Origin: an uncultured Candidatus Poseidoniales archaeon | GTDB taxonomy: Archaea > Thermoplasmatota > Poseidoniia > Poseidoniales > Poseidoniaceae | Reading direction: 5' to 3' | Assembly: GCA_964516645.1 (NCBI GenBank) | Contig: CAZEXE010000008.1 | Coordinates: 1 to 45,517 of the forward strand | DNA length: 45,517 nt | Shown: positions 25,592 through 35,500 of the stretch, piece after piece | How the letters are laid out: each line of letters begins with the position of its first letter | How positions within the stretch are numbered: position 1 is the stretch's first letter | Program-made: the position numbers and the translations under genes | The notes under the pieces: model-generated | The model's input: the letters and a program-made list of their open reading frames with translations, nothing else | What the model was told of the DNA's origin: nothing | Database searches by the model: none

Positions 25592-27028
25592 TCAAGGTGT
25601 TACTCTACTTCGATCTCTTGGGAAGAGTACGGTTTCACGTACATTCCTTGAACCGGTAAGAACCATCAACAATCGTGCCACACCGAGCCCCCAACCTGCG
25701 TGAGGTGGCGCTCCATATCGGAAACCATCGGTATAGAATGTAAAATCTGCAGGGTCTAAATCCATGTTTCTGAGATTCTGCTCAAGAACTTCGACATTAT
25801 GCTCTCTTTGTCCACCGCTAGTCATTTCATCACGGCCATAATTCAGGTCAAATCCTCTAGACAATTGTTCTCCAGTTGAACCAACTTCTCCCGGAACATG
25901 GTGGATGTAGAATGGTTTCATTGACATTGGCCAGCGTGGCAAGAAGTGGAACCCTGGATATATTGCTGCAATAATGTCACAGTGAGATGATTCAATATCA
26001 TCTCCCCATGTAATTTCTACACCTGCGTCCTGAATCATTTTTATTGCATCACAGTATTCAATTCTCGGGAATGGAAGGCTTGGCACCTCGACGGTAATCG
26101 GTTCTTCGCCTTGGCTCTCACGGTATTGGTTGATAATGTCGATTTGGTCTTGGTCATTTTGTGCAACCATCTTCCAGATGTGGTGAATCATTCTCTCTTG
26201 AACACACATCACGTCATCATCATTCATCCATGCTCCTTCAATATCAAAGGAAATGAATTCGTTCAAATGTCTGTAGGTATCGTGCTTTTCAGCACGGAAA
26301 GCAGGACCGATTTCAAAGACTCTCTCCATACCACCAAGCACTGTCAATTGCTTATACAATTGAGGGCTCTGTGAAAGGAAAGCGGGAGTATCGAAATACA
26401 TCATTGGGAACAAGTTTGTTCCTCCCTCTGATGCAGATGCGATGATTTTAGGTGAGTTGATTTCTTTGAAACCTTCAGTGATTAAGTGCTCTCTACCGTA
26501 TTGCAGAACTCTGGATCTCAGAGTAAACATAGCATTTACATGAGTTCTCCTTAAATCCAAAAATCGGTTATCTAAACGAGTGTCAAGACCAATTGACACT
26601 TTGTCGGTTACGCCTAATGGCAGAGGTGTTTCTGCTTGTGCCATAACAGTGAACTGCGATGCGACTACCTCGTATGTAGGTGGAGGTAATGGCTCGCCTT
26701 CAGGGACTTTAGGTGGTCGCTTTTGTGCAACCTCTCCAACGATTTGCACAGTGGATTCGCGTGAAAGATTCTGCGCGATTGCTAATTCTTCATCACTAAT
26801 TCCACCCTGCTTTAGGAAGACCTGAACCTTTCCGGTTCCGTCTCTAAGATCCATAAAACAAATTTTTCCTTTACCACGATTGGCTTCCATGTACCCACAT
26901 ACAGTAACTTCACTGCCCACAAGACTATCGCCATCACTCTGAATTTGACCTAATGTATGTGTTCGAAAAGCGGTTGGATGCCAAACTGTGTCGCTCGCCA
27001 TGTTTAGGGGCGTGACACTTTCGGACAT
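25592..27028 (-). CDS. aspS: Aspartate--tRNA ligase, archaeal/eukaryal type (class IIb); discriminating status unknown
   Basis: 478 aa. It has an OB-fold N-domain ([16 protein letters not shown]), motif 2 region [21 protein letters not shown], and motif 3 region GGQREH...[13 protein letters not shown]. Confidence 0.92.
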   Translation of the reverse strand: MSESVTPLNMASDTVWHPTAFRTHTLGQIQSDGDSLVGSEVTVCGYMEANRGKGKICFMDLRDGTGKVQVFLKQGGISDEELAIAQNLSRESTVQIVGEVAQKRPPKVPEGEPLPPPTYEVVASQFTVMAQAETPLPLGVTDKVSIGLDTRLDNRFLDLRRTHVNAMFTLRSRVLQYGREHLITEGFKEINSPKIIASASEGGTNLFPMMYFDTPAFLSQSPQLYKQLTVLGGMERVFEIGPAFRAEKHDTYRHLNEFISFDIEGAWMNDDDVMCVQERMIHHIWKMVAQNDQDQIDIINQYRESQGEEPITVEVPSLPFPRIEYCDAIKMIQDAGVEITWGDDIESSHCDIIAAIYPGFHFLPRWPMSMKPFYIHHVPGEVGSTGEQLSRGFDLNYGRDEMTSGGQREHNVEVLEQNLRNMDLDPADFTFYTDGFRYGAPPHAGWGLGVARLLMVLTGSRNVRETVLFPRDRSRVTP

Positions 27029-27085
27029 GAAGTCATCGCTAGAAAAAACACATAATTCATAGAGGATAATCTTAGCCGTTGTGGT

Positions 27086-28315
27086 ATGGCAGAGGAATTA
27101 TTCACTTCCGAGAGTGTAGCCTCTGGCCACCCCGATAAGTTGTGTGATGCGATTAGTGATGCTATTGTAGATGCTTGCCTATCTGTCGATAACAATGCGA
27201 GAGTTGCTGTTGAAACCAGCGTAAAAGGTGGTACTGAAAGAGGTCTAATTCTAATGGCTGGAGAAGTAACACTTTCAGGAAAACATCCGGATTACGAAAA
27301 TATTGCCCGTAATACTGCTGCCGAAATCGGATATAACTCCCACGAAATCGGGTTTGATGCTACATCTGAAAAACGATGTGAAGTGATTCAAAAAATTACT
27401 GCCCAAGCAGCCAACATTAGTCAAGGAGTCAATACCTCAGAGCAGGGAGCAGGTGACCAGGGTATCATGTTCGGATTCGCATGTATGGAAACTGAAGAAT
27501 TTGAAGATTTGAAAGGACGGTATTTCCCTTTAGCTGCAGCGCTTTCTCAAAGGCTTACAAGAAGAATGACAAATGCACGAAAAGATGGGACTCTTCCTTG
27601 GGCGAGACCTGATGCAAAAAGTCAAGTTACAATCGAATACGAAAACGGTAAGCCAAAGAGAGTTCATACAGTGGTTATCGCAATCCAACATGACAAACAT
27701 CTGAAAGACAAATTCGGAGGTTCTGAAGCAGAAGAATTGGCATTTGTTAAACAAGAAATTACCAAGCATGTTGTCGAACATGCAATTCCTCGGAACTTGA
27801 TTCAAGAACCATATCGCCTCGTTGTAAACGGAACAGGAAGATTCGCAGATCCTGGTGGGCCCTACGCAGATGCTGGATTAACTGGAAGAAAAATTATTGT
27901 CGATACTTATGGTGGCATGGGGCGCCATGGAGGAGGGGCTTTCTCTGGCAAAGACCCTTCAAAGGTCGATCGTTCGGCTGCTTATGCCGCAAGATGGGCT
28001 GCAAAGCATGTTGTTGCGGCAGGACTTGCTACAAAATGTGAAATTCAATTATCTTATGTGATAGGCGTTGCCAAACCAGTGAGCATGAGGGTAGAATCTT
28101 TTGGCACTTCTGAACTAACTGATTCAGAATTGACACAACGTGTGAAATCTGTGTTTGATTTTACTCCAAAAGCGATTACAACTGAACTTGATTTATTGAG
28201 GCCTATTTACTCCTGCACAGCCGCAGGTGGCCATTTTGGAAGAACTCCAGGTGTTGATGGCGACTTCCCTTGGGAGAGACTTGACCAGGCAAAAATCAAT
28301 TCCCTTCAGAACTGA
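27086..28315 (+). CDS. metK: S-adenosylmethionine synthase, bacterial/eukaryal MetK type
   Basis: 409 aa with canonical MetK motifs: GHPDKLCD, GAGDQGIMFGFA, RPDAKSQV and GGGAFSGKDPSKVDRSAAY. Confidence 0.96.
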   Translation: MAEELFTSESVASGHPDKLCDAISDAIVDACLSVDNNARVAVETSVKGGTERGLILMAGEVTLSGKHPDYENIARNTAAEIGYNSHEIGFDATSEKRCEVIQKITAQAANISQGVNTSEQGAGDQGIMFGFACMETEEFEDLKGRYFPLAAALSQRLTRRMTNARKDGTLPWARPDAKSQVTIEYENGKPKRVHTVVIAIQHDKHLKDKFGGSEAEELAFVKQEITKHVVEHAIPRNLIQEPYRLVVNGTGRFADPGGPYADAGLTGRKIIVDTYGGMGRHGGGAFSGKDPSKVDRSAAYAARWAAKHVVAAGLATKCEIQLSYVIGVAKPVSMRVESFGTSELTDSELTQRVKSVFDFTPKAITTELDLLRPIYSCTAAGGHFGRTPGVDGDFPWERLDQAKINSLQN

Positions 28316-28320
28316 TTTCT

Positions 28321-28339
28321 ATCGGCCCATAGGGCCGAT
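28321..28339. promoter_or_regulatory. Perfect 19-nt palindrome/hairpin ATCGGCCC-ATA-GGGCCGAT between metK stop and the next surface-protein gene
   Basis: It has an 8-bp stem and a 3-nt loop. It lies 6 nt after the metK TGA and 34 nt before the ATG at 28373. It could be a terminator/3'-end structure or an operator. Confidence 0.5.
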
Positions 28340-28372
28340 TGGATGAAAAGTCAGTATTGAGTCGCAAGTACC

Positions 28373-31300
28373 ATGTCGCGCAGAGTAGATGCACTCATTT
28401 TGGTCATGATTATGGCTATTGCACCTCTGGTTCCATTAGCCAGTGCTCACCCAAGCATTGGCCTTTCAACAGATGTTAATCACATCATTTTATCGCCTGG
28501 TGAGGCTACAAATCTGACATTGACAATTGACAACAATGGTTCATCGATTGAAACCTATTCTATTTCCGTTTCGGGATTTGATTCCGTTTGGGAGGTTATT
28601 CCTTCTGATTCGAACGTTAGCAATGTGATTCCTACATTCAGTGCCACCACTACAATCGCTGTACGACTGTCTACAAGCGCACTACCGAGTAACTCCGGGA
28701 CACTAACGATTACTGTAACCGAACCTGATGCAAATATTTCCAGCGAAATCGATGTCCAACTTTCTGTATTGCCGCAATATCTTCCAGCGATTGATGCTTC
28801 AAGTGCTGGCGATAATGGACTAGTTCAAATGGCGCCTGGAGATGACTTGAATCTCACTGTCATGGTAACAAATAACGGCAATGTCAACGATACAATCCTG
28901 CTCTCAGTAGACCAAACGCCTGACTTGGTTGCATTCTGGGCTAATTGGTCATCGGGTGGTGGTTCAAACAACTCCAACAACAATACTGGTGGTAATAACA
29001 CCGGTAACAATACCGGAGGCAACAACACTGGCAACAACACCGGTGGCAACAATACTGGCAACAACACCGGTGGCAACAACACTGGCTACAATACCGGTGG
29101 TAACAATACCGGAGGCAACAACACTGGTAACAACACTGGTGGCAATTCTTCTGGTGGAATACTCTCGAAATCTAACCCTCAAGGATGGGATGTTCGGTTT
29201 GTGGGCGATGTGATGGATTTGATGACTCCAAGTGAGTCAAGGGCTGCAACCTTGCACATATCCATACCCACAGATGCAGGTCCTGGATTCTATGGCTTCG
29301 ACCTGTTTGCAGCAAGTGCTTTGGGTAATTTCTCAGTCAACTCCACCTTAGTTGTGAATGTTACGGCTGTGCATGATTTATCATTCTCACATAGTAACGG
29401 TGATGTTTTGCTGCCAGGTGAAAACTCTACTTCCACTGTTGAAATTTCAAGCCTTTCAACCGCTGATGGCAATTGGACTTGGCAAGTAATGGTTGATTCA
29501 GGAAATTGTTCGGCTCATTTAATTGATTTACAAACTCATATTCTCGAAGGTGGCACCTATGATCTCGACATTGTAGTCACAGCGGGAGTGAACACTCATG
29601 TCAACGACGAATGTATGATTTCATTGCATGGCTCTCTTGATCTTGATACCTCAATTATAGAGGATTACGACTTTACGGTTACCGTGGGAGAATCATGGGG
29701 GCTTTCGATGGTTCTACCTACTTCAATCAAGTTGGATGTAGGTACACCTGAAACATTCAATGTGGTAGTAAATAATGATGGAACTGAAGAGGACACAATC
29801 TCTCTTATTGGAATCGATTCAGAAGGGGTCACATTCACTAATCCCTCCCCGGTAACTCTAGCACGAGGCAATTCACAATATGTCGTGATGGAAGTTCTAA
29901 TCGATTCTTCTTTGGTCGGAAATATCACCTTGGATTTCACAATGTCCTCGACAAATAGTGGAGCGGGGAGTGTGAATGATAGTGGAATGTTTGAGGTCAA
30001 GGAATTTGCTGAATTAGCGATGAGTGGACCTGCTGATAACAGAATAATAATCGTCCCGGGTCAAAACTCTTCGATTACATTAAACATCTCAAATGATGGA
30101 ACCAAGGAATTGGATTTGAGTGCAACAATTAGTGGATTACCAAATGGAATTTCTGTAATTCAAGGACTAGAAAACTTGAATCTTGAGGCCGGGGAAGCGG
30201 TTGATGTCGAATTAGAATTGCTAGCTTCGGCAGGATTGCAACCGATGAGTGACACATTCACGATAACATTTGATGGAGGATGGACTTCCACGCAGTTAAC
30301 TATCGATTTACAAGTTGCAGACCGACATGAAGTATTGGTCGATTCGAGTGAAGACAGAATTGTTGCATCGCCATTAGGAGACGCTAACCTAACAATTTTA
30401 GTTACGAATCTAGGGACTTCGACAGAAACATTCGTTGCAAATGTGGATAACAGTGCTCTAACCGATTGGTTCACAATAAGTGTAGATAAACTCTCACTAA
30501 CCCTCGGTGCTGGACAATCGGGTAGTATCACAATTACAGCCAGAGAAATTGCATCAGGAGCTCCTGCTTCGGGTAGCGATTTGATAATCACAATCACAAG
30601 TACTGGAGATTCGACAGTTACAGATTCAATGACGTTAGATGTAATTCCGCAAATTGCGGATGGACTAATCACTGTGATGAGCGATGATGATGAAGCAGCG
30701 CCTGGCGAGATGATTTATGGAAATGTGATCATTACAAACCTCGGAACTGCAACAGATACAATGCGTATTGATACCGTAGAAATGGATTGTAATCTAGATG
30801 ATTCTGAAGTAGTACTTTCACCAAGTATGTCTTCCAGCCCAATTCCTTGGTCGTGTACAATCGCTGAAGGCGAAGATGCTGGAATGAAAGCTTTGACTTT
30901 TAGATTAACTTCTTCAGCACGCTCTGAAATGATAGTGACTTACAGTGAAGCATACTCTGTTGAACCTACCTGGAATGATGAAGTAATATCATTCACATTT
31001 GACCAAAACGACCTAAAGTTCGATGAAAGCATTGACCAGCAAACCATTTCCATGACGATTTGCAATCAAGCCAACACCTTTGTTGAAGGAAGCCTTGAAC
31101 TAATCGGTAAGAATGAACCACAAATGGATGGAGTGTTTTTCCGAGCCGGAGAGACTGGTATCAATGCAACTTACAGTTTGGCTAGTAATGGATGTCAAGA
31201 CTTCAGATTAATGCTCACACCACTAAATCTCGATGGATTTGAAGCATCATTGACCGTTCATTCTGTAAGCCAAGTACAAGGTCAAACTGTTCGTGATGAA

Positions 31301-31642
31301 TCCCCTGTACTACACGCAGAAGTCGCTGGACCGCACCTTCCACCTGATGGTTTGAACTTAGGGATGTTTGAATTAAACAACAAGAATTCGATTATTCTGT
31401 TGTCTACTGGATGGGCGATTGCTCTGATTCTTGTGATGTACATCCGATTATTCAGAAAACCTGCTGAGATTGAAGAAGAGGAAGAAGAAATTCCTCTTGG
31501 TACAAATGAAGTCCGTGTCGATGAATACAACAAGGTAACATGTTGCTCTTGTGAAGCAAGATTAGGAGTTCCTGAAGGAAGCGACCCTCCATTCCGATTC
31601 ACATGCCCCAAGTGTGACACTCGAATTAGAGTCGTAGAATAA
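28373..31642 (+). CDS. Surface protein (1089 aa): signal peptide, multiple CARDB/NEW3-like (COG1470-type) beta-sandwich repeats, NNTG(G) glyco-linker, C-terminal TM, acidic run and cytoplasmic zinc ribbon
   Basis: The signal reads MSRRVDALILVMIMAIAPLVPLASA. There are recurrent L.L.I.N.G....TY.+ modules, and GWDVRF...L.P.ES....L.I..P.DAGPGFY. TM is SIILLSTGWAIALILVMYIRLF (31388..31453). The tail reads EIEEEEEE...VTCCSCEARLGVPEGSDPPFRFTCPKCDTRIRVVE. Confidence 0.88.
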   Translation: MSRRVDALILVMIMAIAPLVPLASAHPSIGLSTDVNHIILSPGEATNLTLTIDNNGSSIETYSISVSGFDSVWEVIPSDSNVSNVIPTFSATTTIAVRLSTSALPSNSGTLTITVTEPDANISSEIDVQLSVLPQYLPAIDASSAGDNGLVQMAPGDDLNLTVMVTNNGNVNDTILLSVDQTPDLVAFWANWSSGGGSNNSNNNTGGNNTGNNTGGNNTGNNTGGNNTGNNTGGNNTGYNTGGNNTGGNNTGNNTGGNSSGGILSKSNPQGWDVRFVGDVMDLMTPSESRAATLHISIPTDAGPGFYGFDLFAASALGNFSVNSTLVVNVTAVHDLSFSHSNGDVLLPGENSTSTVEISSLSTADGNWTWQVMVDSGNCSAHLIDLQTHILEGGTYDLDIVVTAGVNTHVNDECMISLHGSLDLDTSIIEDYDFTVTVGESWGLSMVLPTSIKLDVGTPETFNVVVNNDGTEEDTISLIGIDSEGVTFTNPSPVTLARGNSQYVVMEVLIDSSLVGNITLDFTMSSTNSGAGSVNDSGMFEVKEFAELAMSGPADNRIIIVPGQNSSITLNISNDGTKELDLSATISGLPNGISVIQGLENLNLEAGEAVDVELELLASAGLQPMSDTFTITFDGGWTSTQLTIDLQVADRHEVLVDSSEDRIVASPLGDANLTILVTNLGTSTETFVANVDNSALTDWFTISVDKLSLTLGAGQSGSITITAREIASGAPASGSDLIITITSTGDSTVTDSMTLDVIPQIADGLITVMSDDDEAAPGEMIYGNVIITNLGTATDTMRIDTVEMDCNLDDSEVVLSPSMSSSPIPWSCTIAEGEDAGMKALTFRLTSSARSEMIVTYSEAYSVEPTWNDEVISFTFDQNDLKFDESIDQQTISMTICNQANTFVEGSLELIGKNEPQMDGVFFRAGETGINATYSLASNGCQDFRLMLTPLNLDGFEASLTVHSVSQVQGQTVRDESPVLHAEVAGPHLPPDGLNLGMFELNNKNSIILLSTGWAIALILVMYIRLFRKPAEIEEEEEEIPLGTNEVRVDEYNKVTCCSCEARLGVPEGSDPPFRFTCPKCDTRIRVVE
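28976..29146 (+). repeat. Imperfect in-frame tandem repeat (12/15-nt units, 27-nt period) encoding (NNTGG/NNTG)n
   Basis: The protein reads NNNTGGNNTGNNTGGNNTGNNTGGNNTGNNTGGNNTGYNTGGNNTGGNNTGNNTGGNSSGG. Codons vary synonymously between units (aac/aat, ggt/ggc/gga, act/acc). It holds about a dozen N-x-S/T sequons. Confidence 0.9.
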
Positions 31643-32413
31643 TTATCTCTTCTGAGCAATTAGAAGGAATGCGGTATGACCAAATGGCCCATTTACTGGC
31701 CTCATTCCTCCTTTTGAAGTAAGGCCCCATTGTCTCTCCATCAATTCACCAGCCCATTCTACTACCAACCCTGATTCTTCACATGCTTTCCAACACGCCT
31801 CTAACTGAGTAGTGGTTGGAGCATAACATGCAAGCCTACCTCCGAATACAAGTTTTGGAGCACAGGCTGTAATTGCGGGTGAATGTACTGGCATGTCAAG
31901 AATAACTGCATCAAATTCTTGATCAGGTACAACATCTTCTACCATACCTTCTAAATGCGTGTGCTTAGGGAAACCTGCAAAACATTCGCTCGCTCTTTGC
32001 AAATTTAGCAAGCCTACATTTGCATGCTCACTCCTTGATTCTGCAGTTACTAAATGTCCTGTCTCGCCAAGCACTCGTGCGAGATGAAGAGATAGCCCTC
32101 CTGAGCCGAGTCCGGCTTCTAAAATCGTATCACCTGAGCCAATTCCTAGTTTGGAAATGAAAAATCCTGCATCTTTGGTAGAAATCGTTTGAGCTCTTCG
32201 GGCCATCCCAGCGATTAATTCTGGTAATCGCGCAGGCATGATTGTGAGATATTTTTGTCCTACTAATACTTCGTCACCAATCTCATAACCATCGAGTAGC
32301 ATAGCGGAATTTAGAACTCCAAGGCCCTTGTGTTTGACCATTTCATCAATTACTTCAACAACATGGATTCGTCCCTCTTTTTCCATCAGGACCGAATAGT
32401 CTGCCATAACCAT
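31643..32413 (-). CDS. trmI: tRNA (adenine-N1)-methyltransferase, TrmI/Trm61 (GCD14) family
   Basis: It has the SAM motif ILEAGLGSGGLSLHLARVLGETGHL, then FDAVILDMP and GGRLACYAPTTTQL. The preferred start is ATG 32413 (MVMADYS...). The track start at 32527 would overlap the divergent gene start at 32526 and leave no promoter space. Confidence 0.82.
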   Translation of the reverse strand: MVMADYSVLMEKEGRIHVVEVIDEMVKHKGLGVLNSAMLLDGYEIGDEVLVGQKYLTIMPARLPELIAGMARRAQTISTKDAGFFISKLGIGSGDTILEAGLGSGGLSLHLARVLGETGHLVTAESRSEHANVGLLNLQRASECFAGFPKHTHLEGMVEDVVPDQEFDAVILDMPVHSPAITACAPKLVFGGRLACYAPTTTQLEACWKACEESGLVVEWAGELMERQWGLTSKGGMRPVNGPFGHTAFLLIAQKR

Positions 32414-32525
32414 GCGAGGGGGAATATACCAAGAACGATTCGCATCTAAATCATCGATATTCTCCCGTAGGGAGAGTGACAAACATAGCGTATGTTCAAA
32501 TACCATGTTTTTCAAAGCGTAAGCC

Positions 32526-35500
32526 ATGACGACCGTACGTACGACTGCCTACTCTATCGTTGGATTGATGCTACTTAGCATTCTTGCATCGTTTGGGGGA
32601 TTAATTGCTGAGGATGAAACAGTTGTTTCTGAATTGGAAAAAGAACCAACTGAATTCCAGGCTACCAGCCCCGGCCACCCTGTATTCGCAGAATATATGG
32701 GCGCACATTGGTGTGGACCTTGCATTACAGCTACAAATAATTTGAAAAATTTGTACACCACTAACGGAGGAGGAGGAACCCAATCCGCAGATTTTACTTT
32801 CGTATCATTTTGGGAATCTCAAACAACAGGATGGCCTGCTGATTCCCCAATCAATCGCAGATCCCACATCCAAAACGCTCCTGGATACACCGGCGGCATC
32901 CCAGTTACGGTCTTTGGCGATGCACCATCCGGTACATACTACACAGTAGGTGGGCAGTCATACGACAGTTACTACCAAAATGGCGGAAACATGCAAAACG
33001 CAAACGATTACGCATTATCTGTCATTCAATCCGAAAACGGCAATAACATGGATATCGAAATCACCGCTGTTTACAGCGGATCTGGCACAAAGAACGTACA
33101 CCTTTACGCAGCAGTAACTGAAGAAAAGGGATACGAACCGTACACAGCAGGCAGTGGGTCGGATCACCCACCACATTTGTGGAAAAAGTGGCTACTCAAC
33201 AGCGGAAATAACGGATTCGAGACATTCACATTATCAGCAGGTACACCAGTGACCAAATCTTGGACAGTACCAACTTCAACCGCAAGAGCAGTAAGCGGAA
33301 TTAGTTCAGCTGACAACTTCCTAACCGTAGCTGCTCTACTTGACGGAGATCACACTTCACACCGAAATGTTGTCTCTGCAGCGGATTCAAACATGGCTCC
33401 AACAATCGATATTGGAATCCAGTCATTCACCGCTGACAACCCAAATGCACCTAATGGCGGATACATCAATGGCGATGTTCTGAATGTTGAGGCTACCGTC
33501 ATCAACAATGGCGTAGATGCATATTCTGATGGAGGAGATGTAAGATTCTACTACAAGGCAAGCAATGTGAAGAATTATGTCGGTTCAACCCAGACTCTTT
33601 CCAACTTTGCTAACCCTGGAGATACACAAACCTTCACAGGTCAAATCGATACATCTAGCCTGCCTGCCTCTGCATATCAAACAACATTTGGTGTAGAATT
33701 ATCCAGCCTTGTCGCAGACAAATCTGGTTCAAACAATGACGCTACTGAGATCATCCCTCACGACCTAGTTCCAGTTACTCGCAAAGCGCAAGTCATTGGC
33801 AACAACCAAATCGAGAGAGGTAATAATTTCCTCATCGAAGCTAAGACTACTTTCAATGATGCAGTAGACATCAACACATCGTTCTTCACTTTCGATGTTG
33901 AGGTCTCACTTGCTGACATGGACCAGTGGATTAGCGGAGATCTAATCGTTGGTGGCGATGAAGTGTTCCAGGAAGGGACTTCTAACGAGCATCGTCAATA
34001 TCTGGTTAAGCCAAGCATGAGCATGGGCGCTGGAGACTACGATATACGAGTACGCTCTATCGATTCACGAATGCAAACAAGTGATTGGCAGGTTACTGAT
34101 AATGGATTCACTCTCAAGAATGCAATGCCAGTCATCTCTTCTGAGCCGGTACCTACTGTAAAAGTCCAGACTTCCACGAAGGTCTCTGTCATCAACAATG
34201 TAAACGATGCTGAAACCGACTTAGACCAATTGGTTATCACCAGTTCTAGCCCGAACTTTGTTGCATGGCACCCTGCAACCGAAGAAATCGAAGTATACTT
34301 CGAAAATATTAGATTCGTCAATGGGCAGCCGACTGCATCTGGTATTGAAATCGCAGTCGACGATGGAACAGATACTGCAATCGGCACACTTCTGTTCAAT
34401 GTTATCGAGAATGGGCAACCACGATGGGCTGGAGTAGAGAAGCAATATGTAGACGAAGCAACCTCGTCTTCACTATACTTACTACCATATCTATCAGATA
34501 CTGACAACGATGGGAATGTTGTTTCATCTGACGGCTTAATGCTAGCAATAGTCGACAACTCAAACGCTGAGTTACTCGATGTTGAATTAAATGACTTCAC
34601 ACTAAACTTCGCTACAAGCGATGATGACATCAATGGTGAAACAACCATCACTGTTCGTGCAAGCGACGGTGAGCAGTATTCTGATCAGTTGATTACAATC
34701 GCAATCAACCCAATCAACGATGCCCCTCGTCTAGACCTTTCTGAATATGAAAACCTCCGCTTGAAGGTTGGAACCCAGAAAGTCATCTTCCTAAATGAAA
34801 TTCTAACCGATGTCGATGGTGACACCAACGAGGTAACCGTCACAGCAAGTAACCCAACTCCGGGAGCAGCACGTGTTAACTTCCTTGACAACACATTGAC
34901 TCTGATTTGGGACACTGAAGGTCTACAAACTGTAACCATCCAAACCGAAGACCGCTATGATTCAAACATATACACTCTAGTTGTGGATGTGTATGACAGT
35001 ATGCCTCTATTGGTCGGTGAAGGACCTGACGCAGATGTTAGAGTAAGTGTAACAAACATCTACATCGGAGAAGTTCCTGAAGTTACAATGTTCCTAAACA
35101 AGGACGATGTAACAATCACATCTCTGTCTAGTACTTGGCAAATGTGCAATGCTCTAACCGGTGTTTGTTCAATTAACGAAGTACATGAACACGACATCAC
35201 AGCAAAGAGTGTTGGATGGACATTTGACCCTCTGGATGGTGGAGTTGATTATAATGGACTGCGCAACAAGGATTATGTCACTGTTGCAAAAGTAACTGCA
35301 ATCGCATCCAATGGTGACAAGTTCGAATTCAAAGGCTCCTCACTAAAGTGGACCGCTGAAGAAACCGCACCTGGCCCAGAGTCAATGTCTGAAGAAGAAG
35401 TCAAAGAATTGGTTGCTGAATTAGATGAAGCAATCGCCACTAAGAAAACTCAAATCGAAGGTCTGGAAGAAGGTTCGACCGAATATGAAGATGCAACGTC

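Noticed and set aside
28976-29146. The tandem repeat as a possible CRISPR array or minisatellite outside genes.
   Set aside because: The 27-nt period has no unique spacers, is in frame within a CDS, and has no leader or cas genes. It is a coding low-complexity repeat.
28825-29213. Three ORFs (28825..29082 minus, 28929..29213 plus, 28964..29182 minus) with striking repetitive peptides (LLPPVLLPV..., TTPVATT..., VVASG...).
   Set aside because: They are alternative-frame readings of the NNTG(G) tandem repeat in the 1089-aa gene. The repeat keeps every frame open. The sense frame is continuous with a 3.3-kb ORF.
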